From assembly GCA_000182565.2 (NCBI GenBank), contig KQ257453.1: DNA of 64,000 nt; one strand, 5' to 3'. The translations under genes and the position numbers were made by a program. Numbering within the stretch: the stretch's first letter is position 1; every line of letters starts with the position of its first letter. The notes beneath the pieces are model-generated. The model was not told the DNA's origin, ran no database searches, and was given only the letters and a program-made list of their open reading frames with translations. Positions 45,038-59,062 of the stretch are shown in pieces. This stretch comes from Spizellomyces punctatus DAOM BR117 (taxonomy: Eukaryota).

Positions 45038-48000
45038 ATAGTCAAGTAATCATTGGTATCTGAACTCTTTCTAACAAGCATCGAAAAAGAGCTGATCAGA
45101 CAAGTTATTCCCGAGTTTGCGAAAACTCGGTCTTTCTGCAGTGGCAGTGGGGAGAATTCTGGTGACGCTTTGGGGAAGCGAAATTAGATTCCCAAAGGAA
45201 CGGTGCAGACGATCAAGGTGAGGGTCAGCCCCACGAACGAGGGGTCATATACCACAGGTGCATATCCATGCATTTCTGTTATATAAGCTAAAGTATTAAT
45301 ATGTAATTTGCGTATTTGCACTATGATACCACGGGCAACTGCTAACAACATCATTGGCGACTCGTTCAAAACCATTTCCTGGAAGGAAAAACGCAATCGG
45401 ATGATATTGTTGATCCCGAGAAAACAAAAATAAGACTTAAAATTGTTTAGCAACCGACTTGTTGCACTACGTTAACCCCAAGTGCGTGTGAACAAGCAGT
45501 GTAGAAAGAAGAGTGCTCGGGCTGCCGGCTCCAGTCGCAGAACTACTTGTAAAAGGGCACAAGCGACGGTTTCGGCTTAGTGAGATAAATTGTATCCCAT
45601 TGAATATTCTTAACAAAGACTCATATTTGACTCGTATTGCATCTCATCAAAAGCAAAATGAGCATCTTCCGCACATTTTGTTGCTACTTGCACATAACCC
45701 TAATGCTGTCTCTTGTTCCTGTTTGTTATCTCGGAAATCCAGAAAGCTTTGCAAGTCTTTTACTACTGTTCGGCTACCGAGGATAGGATGCCTTTGAATT
45801 GGTCTCGGAAGTCATGACCCAAGAGTACACATGTTAGATTGTAGATACTTCTGACATAAGAAAACTGTAGAGTGCATCACACTATATTTGCAGAACGTGC
45901 TACGCTGTCCGCTGACCAGAGCAGGATATGTCCACTGATTCTTCTTCACTATCGTCTGTGGCTGTATAGGATAAAGACATTGAATGTCAGGCATTGACAA
46001 GTAGATTCCTATGAGCGGGAATGTCCATCCATCTGCACGATTTCCGCTACTCGATTTTTCAAATTCGTCTTTAGCACACAGACAAGCTTCGCACGATTGT
46101 GGAGGACGTCATCTGTGCATTTGAGATTTTCTTTAGTAAGATGAACTACAGACGAGCCGACGAAACGAGGGATCGCTCGAATCGTTGTAAAGGGGTATAT
46201 GCACTAGTTTTTATAACTGCCTGGATCCTCGTCATAGAAAGGACTCGACGTCGTAGCTGGCGGCAGATTGTAGAACATCTGATAAGATAGTCTCGTATCT
46301 TAAGGAGTTCCAGGGGCGTAATGATTGTTGTTGTTAGGAGATCCCCTTTCAAAGCGAAAGATAACACAGTTTCTCTTGAATATGTACATTTTCTAATGCA
46401 GAGGAGATACCCCAATCCGTTGCGGTTGGCACTTAGAACAGAGGAGCAGCTATTTCGCCGTTCGTATTGTCGATTTCAATGACAAGTTTTACATAAAAAT
46501 TCGACAAGGCATGCACGAATACCCTCCAACAATTCCAGCGTGAAGAAGGAATACTGCATGTTACCAGTTAGGACATTCTGTCTCATAAGGGACCATTGCG
46601 ATAATAACCAAACCGAAAGTTGAAATTCAAAGAAGACTAGCTCTTTCAGTAATTTCATTCCTTCTGTGATAAAAGATTCTATCGGACAATTATGCGGCGC
46701 GTTGTTCACGACAATGAGCGAACGTTTGTCCGTTATTGAAGTATAGCATTGCCGTTTTCAAAGCATCCTGGATTTAAGCAAGAAAAATATATTCTAAACT
46801 GTCAACGAGCCCCCATCATGTCAATGTTTATCTACGTTAGAGATCATCAAGACTGGTCTATTCAGAATGAACATTATGATCCGTATCATTCCGATGAAGA
46901 CGTTACACATAGTTATAGAAATAGCAAAGGAGTTAGCTAACGAACAATTGACGCGTTGGGAAGCATCTGGGAGGATCAAACTACTCCCATTGACGGAGGA
47001 AACAAGAGGGAAGAAAAATGGGGAATTGTGCCTTTGGATGTAGATCATGTTTTCATGTTATCGATGACATTGCCTACGTGCAGAGACCGGCGACTTTCGA
47101 CGTTAAGCAAGCTGCAATCGACAGCGAAACCGTTAGACTCGGCCCGAGCGGGATTTATATCCTAATGGATCCAACTGTGCATTGCAAACAATGAGAGTAA
47201 CTTTCATGTGAAACTGGTATAGTTATATGTCATGGCAGTCATATTGTTTGCCACTAATAGAACCATGCCTGTTTGGCATCGGGTCGATGCAAAATCTTGA
47301 GCAAAAGGGCAACGGCGGACGTGGTTCTCCCCTTGATACGCTCCAGCCTTTGCATGTTTTGAGGTTTAATGGAGAACTGTACAGCTTCACACAATCCGAG
47401 ATTATATTTGCAAGCACCGATATCAGGACAATATCATGTGGAGGGAGGTAGTCCTTTGAGGCTAGTACGCGTTTACAGAATCTGACGGTGGCATCAAGGG
47501 GGAAGGTCAGGGAGAAGAAGGATGACATAGGCAAAAGATATGCACGAATTCCGAATTGCAAAAAAAAAGCGCAGTCCTCAAGGGTTATAAAAAGGCGACC
47601 TTTCCTCTCCCCCCCCGGCACTTCTTTACTCCTCACCGACCTCTCCAACATTCTCTCTTTCTTTTGTGTTCTTGCTTTCTTTCTATGGTTGGAGAGAGGG
47701 GGGAGATCGCCCCGGGATTGGCGTTAAACTCGACTCGGTCAAAAACAGATACCGGAAATACGTGTAAGGTCGTCGTTGGAAAGCGACGTGTCGCTCCTGT
47801 CGGAGTGTCAGGGATTGTGCCGCGCGGGACGTAAGTGGTAGGAGCGCGGACGTGCTCAGAGCTGCATTTGTAGTGATGACGAGCGCTCCTCTCAGAGGAA
47901 GGGCCCGATATTTTTTACAACATAAAGGAAGAAAACTCAAAGAATGAAGACATGATGCTTGACTGTATAAGATGCGAGGTCCATCCGCGCTTTCAACCAT

Positions 48001-48186
48001 TTGCCTTGGCAATGGATATGACGATGATCACGATTACGGACACCCTGCACAGATTCCATCCTGCTTCACGTTATGGTTCAAATATTTATTTACATGTGTG
48101 TGTTCAAATAGATACCACTCGATCGTTCCAATCATACAACAATAAAGTTCAACTGTCGCCTTCCTACTCTAGAGCTAAAGGGCATA

Positions 48187-50037
48187 TCATCTGATCGCCA
48201 TTCTCCTGTACGCATTAACCAACTCATCCTCAACGTCTTTCTCTCCAACAGATTTTCCACACTTTCCGCCCTTTTTCTTGGCCTCCCAAATTTTCCAAAA
48301 CTTGAGGTTCTCATCGCTTGCGCCGGTCGCTACCGTTTGACCATCAGGGCTTAAGGCTGTGTGAAGAACACGAGCATCATGGCCTTCCAAATCACCAATC
48401 TTGGTCAGTGACGGATATTTCCATATTGAAAGGTGATTGTTGGGAAATCCATGAGATGTGAAAAATTCCTTATATTCCAGAGACCACAAGATGGACGTGA
48501 CTTGAGACCCAGTGTCAACCGAGGCAATTTTTCCAGTGGTGGAAACGTTCCAAAAGTGAACTGTACGGTCGTGGGAACCTCCTCCTGTCGCCAGAGTGTT
48601 CAACTGCCATGGACACCATGCAAGCGCCTAGGTTTGAATAAAGCGGAGTCAGTACGGTGATGAGTTTTCTAAGAATAGGCGACTTCCTTACCTTTACTGC
48701 AGCGGTATGCTCTGCCTTTGTGAACTTAGGAAGACTCGATCTAGCATCCCATATGACAACCTGATTGTCATTTCCTCCACTTGCCAGGAACTGTCCATCC
48801 GGCCTCCACTTCAGCCCACAGACATCGGACTCGTGAGATAGCAAAGAGGCCACCCGATGATTAGCCAAACGCACATCATGATTCCAAATACTGCCATCGC
48901 GGGCGCCCGAGGAGAGTACATTGGTATCCCAGGCAAGAACACCAACCCTGCTAGCCCTTCCTCGCATGGTTCGCATCTTTTTCAAACTTTCGAGGCTCCA
49001 TATTTCTATATCACCCTCGCTCAGACCCACTGCCAAATGACTTCCGTCGGGTGCCCATTGTAGAGATGCCACGTATGTATCCTCCCGGGTTACCGAGCAA
49101 AGTGGCGCTGTTTTACCCGTATTGCCGTTCCAAAGATATACGGTATTGTCAAGAGCGATTGCTAACATATTGTTCGCCGACCAGTCGATCAAATTCAAGT
49201 AGAAATCGTCAGAGAGCCCTGGAGCATCCAAAACCTTCTCCGGTTCCGATTTCACGCGCCTTGCTGCAACGGTAGAGTTGGGTTTGCGGAGTGGTCTACT
49301 CCAGGATGTGCGAAAATCTTGCCGCTGGGCTGCTGGAGGTTCTGCATTGAACGCTAAAATGCGCTTATCTAGAGCCACGCCGCACGCTTTAGCGACCTGC
49401 TCTTGGTATGCTAAAGTGTCCGGATCCAAAGTTTTCAGCTTTTGCCGATCTGTGGTGTCTCGAATATTGAACTGTGAGGATGCTCGATCGATAGCGTCTT
49501 GACTTGGCACAAATCGGTCATACTACATAAGGAGAATTGTGCGGTTAGCTGTCTGAATTGCACAATCAAGGCCTATCCAGTGATCCTCTAATCCATTTCT
49601 ATATCAAACGAGATGTTCATCTCTTCTATTTAAACAGCTGTGTTCAGACCTACCATCCTTTCTTTTGCTTTTCCCCTTTTGCCACCACCACTCGGACTGA
49701 CAGCCGCGACGCCCAATCGCTGCTTAATAAAGTTCTCTGCATTTCTCCCACTTATAACAGACGATCGTGGTGAATGCCCTAATCCAGTAGCATTATAGCT
49801 GCGCGGAGAGCGGGTATGGGCGACGGACGGTGAAGCACCTCCAGCTGAAGGACGGGTCGGTGTGCGACCGTGAACATGAAGACGGTCAGCAAAGCTGCGA
49901 GTTGGAGTTCCAGCAATCCGGCCAGCTGTACTCTTTCGCCGTGGAGTTTCCATAGTTTCCCTGACTCTGCGAGCTATCTGAGGGCTCATAGGGTTGAGAC
50001 CTGTCTGGAGGTCCTTGGAGATGCTTGGGGGCGGCAT
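48187..50037 (-). CDS. CDC20: APC/C activator Cdc20/Fizzy (WD40), 3 exons
   Basis: C-box YDRFVPS, KRILAF (KILR-like), VLDAPGLSDDFYLNLIDWS, LASGGNDN, GASDENLKFWK, C-terminal IR tail (MAIR). Confidence 0.95.
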
Positions 50038-53000
50038 GATCGTATATGGATTCCCGCAACGGCAAAGATGGGGCTATAGACGTGTTGGTCCAGCTTTAGA
50101 GAGCAAGTATAAGAAGCTTGATGGTCAATGGACGCGCGCAATGACTAGAAGATGAAGAAAAAACAAAATGGTGAACTCCAGGTTGAAGAGCTCTGAGGTG
50201 TGCGGAGTGTTTTCGGACGACGCGCTCGGTTTGTCGAAGTGTCTGCCAGGTTCGATTCTCGGGGCACACGAAAACGCATCGGCTTTTGGGACGCCGGAAA
50301 GCAACTTTCTTTCGAATAGGTTCCCTATGTTAAAAGGATCTTTTTTCCAATTGGACTGCCAACGAGGTCAACTACCATATGTCGAACCATTCGATGCGTT
50401 TTCAACACATGAGCGATATTGAACAGGGAGCGCTACTGAAGCAAATCACGGCTAGGATTACTAGTACAGAGAAAAGACATATCCACAAGACGTCAGTGTT
50501 TTGGGAGGTACATCCTTGAAATTGCCTCGTTGAATACTGGTAAAACGGTGACGACGCCGACCACATTGTAAATAAAATGCGTAGGTATGCTTTTTGTTGC
50601 CCCGGCCGGTGTTGACCCGCGCGTTTTCTGACAAGCCAAGATCTCATGGGGAACGAGGTGGGGAAGACAGTGAAATGGTAAGGCGGACTATAAAATGAAG
50701 TCGTCAGACGGAAAAGACCATGCTCATCCGTTATCCTGTTCATAAACGATATAGTCCATAGTTTTTCTTCTCGCTCTTGCCGAATTCGGACTTGCCGTTC
50801 GGGCTGGCCATGTCCTCGGCATACTCACAACACTCCTCTGTCTTGCTCAACTTTATGCTTCTGCAAGGCTTGGCACTGGTGCGGTTTTTATGCTTGCATT
50901 TTGCTATGTCTGAGCTTACTATGGCACAATGCCCTCGTGTCATCTTTCAGGAATCTTGGCGACCACGCTGGTTTATCTCGGCATGATATTGCGAACGTAT
51001 ATAGCCGCACTGGTGTACATTCAGGTCCGATCCGTTTGGAAAGGTAAAATCTGGACAGAATTCCCGGGGCAATACGATAAAAACGCTGGCAATATCGTTC
51101 GCTCCGCACGCGACGACAATGTGAGATGCGGAGCATTGGCTGGGCCTTTGCGGGTAGGAGAGTTTGTCGCGTATCCCCGCAATTAGGGAAGCTTACCATG
51201 GCAATGACATCTTTAGTTTCCTGCATCCAGCGATCGTATTGGAAGCTTGATATCTCGATGGACAGAGCAAACTGAAGGAGTTCGAGTCAAATCCGTACAT
51301 CTGGGAAACAAGGAAGGTTTTCGGCATGTAGGTAAAACCTCAGAGTGGATTACATTCTGTTTGTGTTGTAAGAGCCCTGCTAACTCCCAGCATCATAGAG
51401 TACATCACAACTTTTTTTGGTTTTGTGGACGATATCGCGATCCATTATTTTCAAGAGCACAGTCATACCGTAGTCGAATGGCATTCACAGTCGAGATGGG
51501 CCAGGGATTTCGATAGAAACGCCACGAGATTACGAGAGTTTGTAGAGTATCTGAGGGCTCATTGTGATTAGCTACTGCGTACCGTAGGACTTTGTCCAGC
51601 CATCTGTTTCACCTACTCTGTAACTGCCGGGTTACACCTCAAACTGGAATGTCATGCGAAGAGCGAGATGAAATCAAAGATTAGGGCGCACACTAGCGTC
51701 GGCATTCCAAACGGTAAACCTCGCTTGCGAAATGAAGCTTTTGGCGAACGATCGTGTCGCATGATGGCGGCTGTATTTGATTTCTATTATGGTCGCTGCA
51801 TTTTGAGCCCTTCCCGGCCATATGGTCTCCCCAAAAACTAAATGTATAGACACTGGGCCGCTTTCGAGCACATACCCAGCATTTGCCAGGGAAGCAATGC
51901 ATTTGTTTGCAACGTCTACTTCATTTGCAATATCAGTTTTGCATTAGTAGAAATATAGAATTTGGGGGTATGGTAACGGAGAACATACCATCCCTGATTT
52001 TATGTTCGATAATTTCAAAGAAGTTATTTTGGCTATAAGAGTTGGTTCACTCTGCGGAGGCAATGCGTCTCAAGGTACTTATCGGACAGATTAACGGGAA
52101 ATCTTACGGCATAGGGGTGTGTGGTGGTGCTAGTTGCAAGCAAAACGCTAGAAGTCCCTCATGCATAGCCAGCGCTGGACTGATACCGCTCTTGGCTTCC
52201 TCATCAGACGGGAGATTGCGTGGCATGTGCGGATATTTGAAGAGTCCCTTTCCATCCCGTCGAGAGACATCGTCCCCCATATACCACTCATTGTGGATCG
52301 CATGACCTTCGACAACAATATGTGCGGTCGGGATGAATGACCCGATTTATGACCATAAATAAGTTTGTTCAACATGTGCGCCCTCAGTTATATGACCTTG
52401 CGTATTCTAACCACAGGTATACGCATGCGTGTTTTTACTATTTAGATTGCGTACGATCTGTTGTCGCAAACGTGCATAGGCGAATGTTATAGTCAATGAT
52501 CAGAATCCAAATACCAGTCATCCAAAGTGCAAAACAAAGATGCACTTCCAGAAACCAAGAATATCTACTGCTTATTTTGCTGAGCTGAGACATCCAACCA
52601 AAACTTGTGGCGGAATAAAGCATTCTGAAAGTGGACCTGATATCCAATTCCTATTGTTCAGAGGGAGACAGATAAGCGTATGGGAGACACATCCAGAAGA
52701 ATCGTAAAAAAAAAAAAATAACACATACACACGTGAGATGAACAGCCAGGAGGTTGGTAATAACATGGAGTACCGACAACGGGGCGTCATGAAAGGGATA
52801 TCGAAAACAAGCCGTAATAACTCGGAGACATTACCAACGGTTCCAGCTCAATTCCAGATAGTCGGGATTTTGGGGTAGTGTTCTTTATTCGATCCTTGTT
52901 TGACCTTTATTCTCTGTGTGGGTGGTAAACTATGAGCGCGCTACCCTCTTTTTTTTTGTTGTGTGATGGCAACACAAACTCCAGGATGTACAATGGACGC

Positions 53001-53138
53001 CCATTGAAGTGAGCCTCAGGCGATGGAAGACGAGACGCAAATGTTTGGCCCCGGATCCCCCATACTGAAAATCCGGTTAAAGCAGATGGCTATGCTGGCG
53101 ATCCCCCCATCTGCGCGAGAGAGGACTTTATCATACCA

Positions 53139-56100
53139 ATGGTTCGGACAGCAAGAGCGAACGTTGCCATTTTGGCAACACTGTTATCCTTGACACTCGA
53201 CGTAGCGTATGGTCTAGTGGATCTGAAATTTGGTTCCATTCTACCCTTGAGCTATGCTGGCCTCGCGGATCTTTCCGCCGACATTCAGCTTGCGTTAGAT
53301 CTCGCGCTTTCTGACTACAATACCCGAGTTTTTAACCCACTCAACGTGAACGTATCCATTGTCTATGCCGACTCCCAATTTACGCCGGCAGTTGCAAAGT
53401 CATATGCGAGGCAATTTGCATCCCAAGGGCTACTGGGTGTCATTGGTTAGTACTGCATCTTCCGAGGTAACAATCTTCACATTCTGATTAACCAGCTTAC
53501 CCACCACCCAGGTGAGATGGGCTCCGGAGTCACGCAGCCTATCGCCCTGGAGTTGGCAGATAGGGAGATTCTGCAGTGTTCGGGGTCCGCAACTTCAGAA
53601 GACTTGTCATTGAAACAATATCGTTACTTTTTCAGGTAACTGCGATATGCAAGCTCTTTAAAGATAGATACTCGATTTTAGCTAAACTTTGTACAGAACA
53701 ATCCCTCCTGACAGTGTCCAAGGTTTTGTACTTGGTCAGATCGTCGATACCTTTGGCTGGAAGAAACTCGGCCTGATTTACCAGGATACCGCTTACGGCA
53801 AAGGCATTATGACGAACCTACGGGCTCACGCAGCGGCAACTGATATAACTGTATTGACTAATCAACCGTATGTCAACGCCGATGACTACGAAGATGCGGT
53901 AAAAGCCTTGAAAGCGTCCGATGCGAGAATCATCGTCTGGACTGGGGTCTATGCGGAACTTGTCGATATAGTCCCAATTGCCAGGTAGCCATCTTAGTGA
54001 CCACGCAATCCTCGTCCTGTTGGATGTAAGTATAACTAAAAAGGCCAATCATGTAGGCGTCATGGCTTATTTGGACCAAACTACGTGTGGATCGCAACAG
54101 AAAATGCTATATCGGCCATTGACGCCATACGGAGCAGAATTGCGACCGGAGCAAGCAGTGCTGATGACCTTGCAAGTCTAAGTGGATTGCTCATTAGTAC
54201 ACCTGGTATGGCTGCATGGTCTTCGACACGTATACCGGAATATTGAAAGAAATTGTTCATTATTCTCCAGTCGAGGGTCAGGGATCCCGATTCGACAATT
54301 TCTCTGCCTCATACTCGTCAACTTACCACAATTCCATGGGCCAATATTCTGCGGTATAAAGCGCACTTTGACATACGTGCCCCAAAATTGCCGCCATTGC
54401 TTAATCTCCTTCTGCATCATAGTTCTTTGTGGACTGTTTGTCAATCATGCTAGACGGGCTTACAAAGGTCAGTGTAATCGTTGGAAGGAATTGCATGCAG
54501 GGACACCTCCTGAATCACCTATTCATGCAGTACCAAAATACCTCGAATTCCACTTGGAACGACATTGCTCAAGGCAAATTTCCTCGCGACTTGACGGTTC
54601 TGCTGAAGCCAGTTGACGGGTTGACCGGTCTTACAGGACCAATTCATTTCAACACCAATTTTGATCGGATTGGGAGCTACAAGGTCCTCAATTTCCATCA
54701 AGGAGATTTGACGAAGATAGGCGAGACAGTCGACGAAACATACAACGTTCAGCGCAACAATAACACAGTCATTTTTGCGAGCGGTACCCCTGTAGTACCA
54801 GCAGATCGGCCTGGTTTGTAATTTGCATAACGTTGTCAAGCCAGCTCCCTCATCTTTTGTTGCTTACGGTTTCATTTTGCCCCGTAGTGCTTGTCCCGGA
54901 CTGGTTTGAATACGGACATGCAGTTTCCGTCATTATCATGATCCTATATGGTGCAATGATGGCCATCAACTTCGCATCACTCGTTATCGTATTCCTTTGG
55001 CGTCGGCGTAAAGAAGTCAAAGGTATGCTACGTCGCTCATGCCATGAGGTCGGGAATCACGCATTTAAATGAGTGCTTGAACGTTAGCTCTCAGCCCCGA
55101 GTTCATGATTATTATGGGTCTGGGTATGCAGCTGAGTTACGGGGCTGTTTTCACCCTCATCGGAGAGCAGACTACCGTCAAATGCATGGCAAGACCGTGG
55201 CTTTATGGGATTTCTTTTGCAATTGTCATGGGATGCCTCATTGGGAAGGTCAGTGTTCCATACTTGCCGTGGGAGAACGGTCGTTAATAGAAGACTGATT
55301 GGTTTTGAATGCCTGCTCAATAGGCATTCCGTATTTGGAAAGTCTTTGCAAATGAGGTAGAGTTCACCGTTCTCTTGCGAGTTACTGATAGAGCACAATT
55401 CGATAACCCCTCCTGCAGCGACTTGCCGCCCCCATTAGGTTCCTTCAAATCCTCCGCCTGGCAGGAGCGTTTTCCATTGGAGAATCTGTACGTAGGGAGT
55501 GCATTCTTACTCAAGTGCTTCACTAATCCAAAGCAAACAGATTATCCTGCTTGTGTGGAGTATCTATTCGCCGTTGTCCCCTTTGATGGTAGCGAACAAG
55601 GAAAAAGGTGGGGTCTACTTGGCAAATTAAACCTACCAGGAGATGTTGGAACCTGATCGGTTGTTTTTCGGATTCGCAGGAACATTCACGTACGTTTGCG
55701 TTTCCCCGGAGCAATCTGACGTGTTCAACGGAGTGATTTTTGGGTGAGGATAGGCATTACAAGCACTTGATCTCTGCATTCCCTGCTTACTTACTTGCCG
55801 CCAGATACAATGGGCTTTTACTTTTGGCTGCAACTTATTTAGCTGCAGTGACGCGGAATGTACCATCTAGATACTCGGAATCCAAGGTATTTAGCGAGTA
55901 AAGGTGCAATCAAGCGGCCAATAACTAAAACGCACTGCATTGATCGGCGCTAGTTCATTGCTTTAACGGTGTATTCGGTAATGCCATCCGTTTCCGAGAT
56001 TGTTGCTGATTTTTTGGCTTACGACCTTCATCCTTCTCAAAATATTGTAGCTACTAATTTGGTGCACGCTTATTATCGTCGTGTCATATTCCGCGGGCGC

Positions 56101-56794
56101 TGCCACAACGCTGGTCTTCTTTATTATCACCTTCGGTGTTCTTTTCGTGACAACGACCACCTGGGCTCTTCTCATTGGACGGGTCATTCTCAGTCAACTC
56201 ACTAACGATCCTGCTGATGAGATTGCCAGCCTTCCCAGTACACCAAAGCTTATGCGGCAAAATGCAGTGGGAGCTGGGGAAGCATTCAAGAGTGCTTCTC
56301 AACTGCCAATGTCTGCAAACAGCAGCACAAAGATTCCATCCCCCTTAGCATCTCAGATGCTTCGTGGAGATATTTCCGAATTTCCTGTGAAAATCACGTC
56401 GTCGTGGATCTCCCGATGGGAGCGGTATGAGCTGATCTTTACTCTAGTACCGGTAGCTCGGTTAGCACTTCGGCCGGTAGCATCCGACAAGGAAGGTGGG
56501 CGGAGCTATTGCGTAGACATCAGCAAAGTGCAGGCAACGAAGGCAAATGTTAAGGGAGTTAAGAACTGCTTTGAGATTGTCGCTCCTGGTATTACGCTTC
56601 TCGTCCAAGCCACCTCTGAGGAACAAGTTCAAGACTGGCTGCGTAGAATGAAACAAGCAGGTTGCCTGCGGGGAGAAGATTCTACTGGACGGACCAGTTC
56701 AGCTCCTGGTCAAGGCGGCGGCTCGATAAATCGTGCGGACGTCGAAACCAAAGGAGGGAAGGATATTTCTAGTGCTGATGTGCTAGGAAAGTAG
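53139..56794 (+). CDS. Class C (GABA-B-like) GPCR: signal peptide, Venus flytrap domain, 7TM and C-terminal PH domain; multi-exon
   Basis: VIGEMGSGVT, QCSGSATSEDLSLKQYRYFFRTIPPDSVQG, FGWKKLGLIY...YG, GLTGPIHFNTNFDR; 7tm_3 motifs K.LSPEF, CMARPWLYGISFAIVMGCLIGKAFRIWKVF, YSESK; PH-like tail CFEIV...LLVQATSEEQVQDWLRRM. Confidence 0.88.
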
Positions 56795-57519
56795 CTTCCC
56801 ATGATAAATGACCCACCATGCCGTAGTTATTAGAACAAGTAGACTCATGTACAGTCCTATCATACACGACGTACAGTCCTATCATACTCGTCGTGTTCAT
56901 GTTACTGTGTCCCCTCACACTTCGATATCCATATGTCGGTTTATGCTCTTCGTAAGCATTGCGTGACAGTTTGGTCGACAAGGTATCATCATTAAAGACC
57001 AACCGATGGGACTACTGCTGCTTGAAGTTTAAAGAGGACCAATTATGCCCGACTTGGGTTGGGCAATGAGACTGTGATTAAGACCAAGTCGCTTGACTTT
57101 GGACTAGTTAAGCGCAGCATTGCTGATGTTAGTTGGAAAAATACATTTTTCGTGGTTTTTTATGTTTCGGGCAATGTGCGCTGGATACGGTCATTTATGA
57201 TGGCATACCCCAAGGATCGCAATGTACGGGGATCCAGTGCACACTCAAAAAGCTATTTTCGTCGATGCAGCCTAGGGATCCTGATATAGTTCCAGAAGGG
57301 GTTTTGACTCGATAACCTGCGAAGTTTTAGAGCGGCTGGTAATCGGAGCTCAGCGTTGGGGCTAACTTGAAGGCGTTTATAGGCTCACATGGTAATTGCC
57401 GTTTGCTTTGGTATGCAGGGCATGTTGTCTTTTACCTCATGTCCTGTTCTTTTGCCCATCCTAGAGCCAGGTTCACTTCCCTTCTTTATGGCGAAGTGCA
57501 CTGTCTGTTCACGGTCACC

Positions 57520-59062
57520 ATGGACTGCCCGCAGCTGGACATAAGAAATATCGGCCCGTATTCGCTTGAGGATGACTGGTATATTACCGGGAAATGCGTC
57601 TCAAACATCGGCCGTCTCAGCCTTTATGGTTTCAATATTATGATATACGGAGCTGGCATCTTACTCGGGATATTTGCAGTCGTACTGAATACCCGTGCCC
57701 ACAAGAATTGGTTGAAGACAATGCCTGCTAAGCCAGTTATTGCCTGCCTCCTCGTATCGATAGGTAAGTAGCTCTCCATGCTCTGGCATCCACCGTACTG
57801 AATCGTGCTCACACTTTGTTTAACTCTGCGTTCGAGGTTATACTGCATCGTACCTTTGCTATCTTTTCCAAGTGCCACCAGCAGCTGGAGTAATATGCTG
57901 GTGGTTAAGCATTCAGTTCACCAATATCTTTCAGGAATGATCCGCTGTTTCAAAGCCTGGGTGCGAAACGAAAATGTTATTAATACATATTGTTCAACAG
58001 GTGGTGGTTGCAAACGGCTGGCTGGCCCCCGTACGCAGATTCATCGAGTTGCAGAGTATTGGGTCGGACGTCAAATCATCAATCAACACCGCCGGTACAC
58101 ATCTGGAACGCCATTGTTTTCTCCTACTCGGCGCTTCTATTACATATAACATCGGCATCGTTACGGGATGGGCGGTATATATGCAGCTCCATGATGCAGG
58201 GAAGGTGTTCCTTTTTCACACCTTGTTTAATTCTGGAACATTTCTGTGCCTTATCGTACTCCATTTCCTGTGCTCGAGATCGTTCACAAGAATACTAGTG
58301 GCATTAGGTGAAGCGGATAATCTTCACAAGCAGGGTATGCATATTTTCCCTTGTTTTTGGTGAACAGCGACTGTTCTGGTGAGCAGATAACGATCTGATG
58401 GTAGTACTTGCTCTTATTGCAGCTCTTGTGGTTGGCGGCAATGTTAGGCACGCGACCACCAATGCGGGCAACAATGTGATTTCCGGTGACGGAAGGAAAG
58501 TTCTTAACGTGATTCGGCTGGTAATGTAGACGGACGAAAGCAATTACGAATGCATGGATTAGAAAGTCCCCGACCTAGTGTATTGAAACTCGCAGGTTCC
58601 TTTCAGGTGAAGAAAACCCGCCGGGCTGCGTGGGCCTCCGCCGGTCCATCATTTCTCATCCAGAGCTCCGTTCTGCTTTGGACAGTGATAGCCCGTACAC
58701 CAGAAGGCATGAATGGCCAGACATACCTATTCTGCTTTAGATCACTTGCCACCGCACCCGCTGTGATTGCAAGTTAGTTCTTGGCAGATTTCATATCGCG
58801 CGCCTTGTAACACTTGGCTCTTCCAACTGATGTGCTTCTCTGCCTCTTGGTTGGTCACTCGATAGGTCTGTGGATGTACGGAGTAGTCAAGGGCAGGGAG
58901 CGTGCAGATTTCACACCAGAATGCATCAATCACCTATCTCTTCGATCCACTTCTTTGCATCAGAGCGGAGAGGACCTCAAAGTAACTTCACAAGCGGTAG
59001 ATAGTTGCATTGAAAGCAAGACGTCAAGGATATTGAATGACGGCTTTGAAGTGGATGATTAG
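57520..59062 (+). CDS. Orphan multipass (possibly 7TM) membrane protein; exon structure uncertain, possibly disrupted
   Basis: Successive hydrophobic segments in ORFs 57367-57771, 57805-58149, 57974-58363, 58550-58777 and 58814-59062, with GT donors at several ORF ends. Confidence 0.45.

Larger units (their letters stand above)
34700..47600. other. Gene-free island of degraded coding remnants (relic of a large foreign or mobile insertion?)
   Basis: No recognisable intact gene; visibly more AT-rich than the flanks; several protein-like frames broken by stops (e.g. minus strand 39440-39790, plus strand 40560-40910 and 42180-42900); boundaries approximate. Confidence 0.6.

Noticed and set aside
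47580-47900. TATA followed by pyrimidine/purine-rich hairpins, possible ncRNA
   Set aside because: Pairing is mostly low-complexity and there is no family signature
50400-52900. Hydrophobic ORF fragments between CDC20 and the GPCR
   Set aside because: Frames are broken and unassignable; at most a decayed membrane-protein gene
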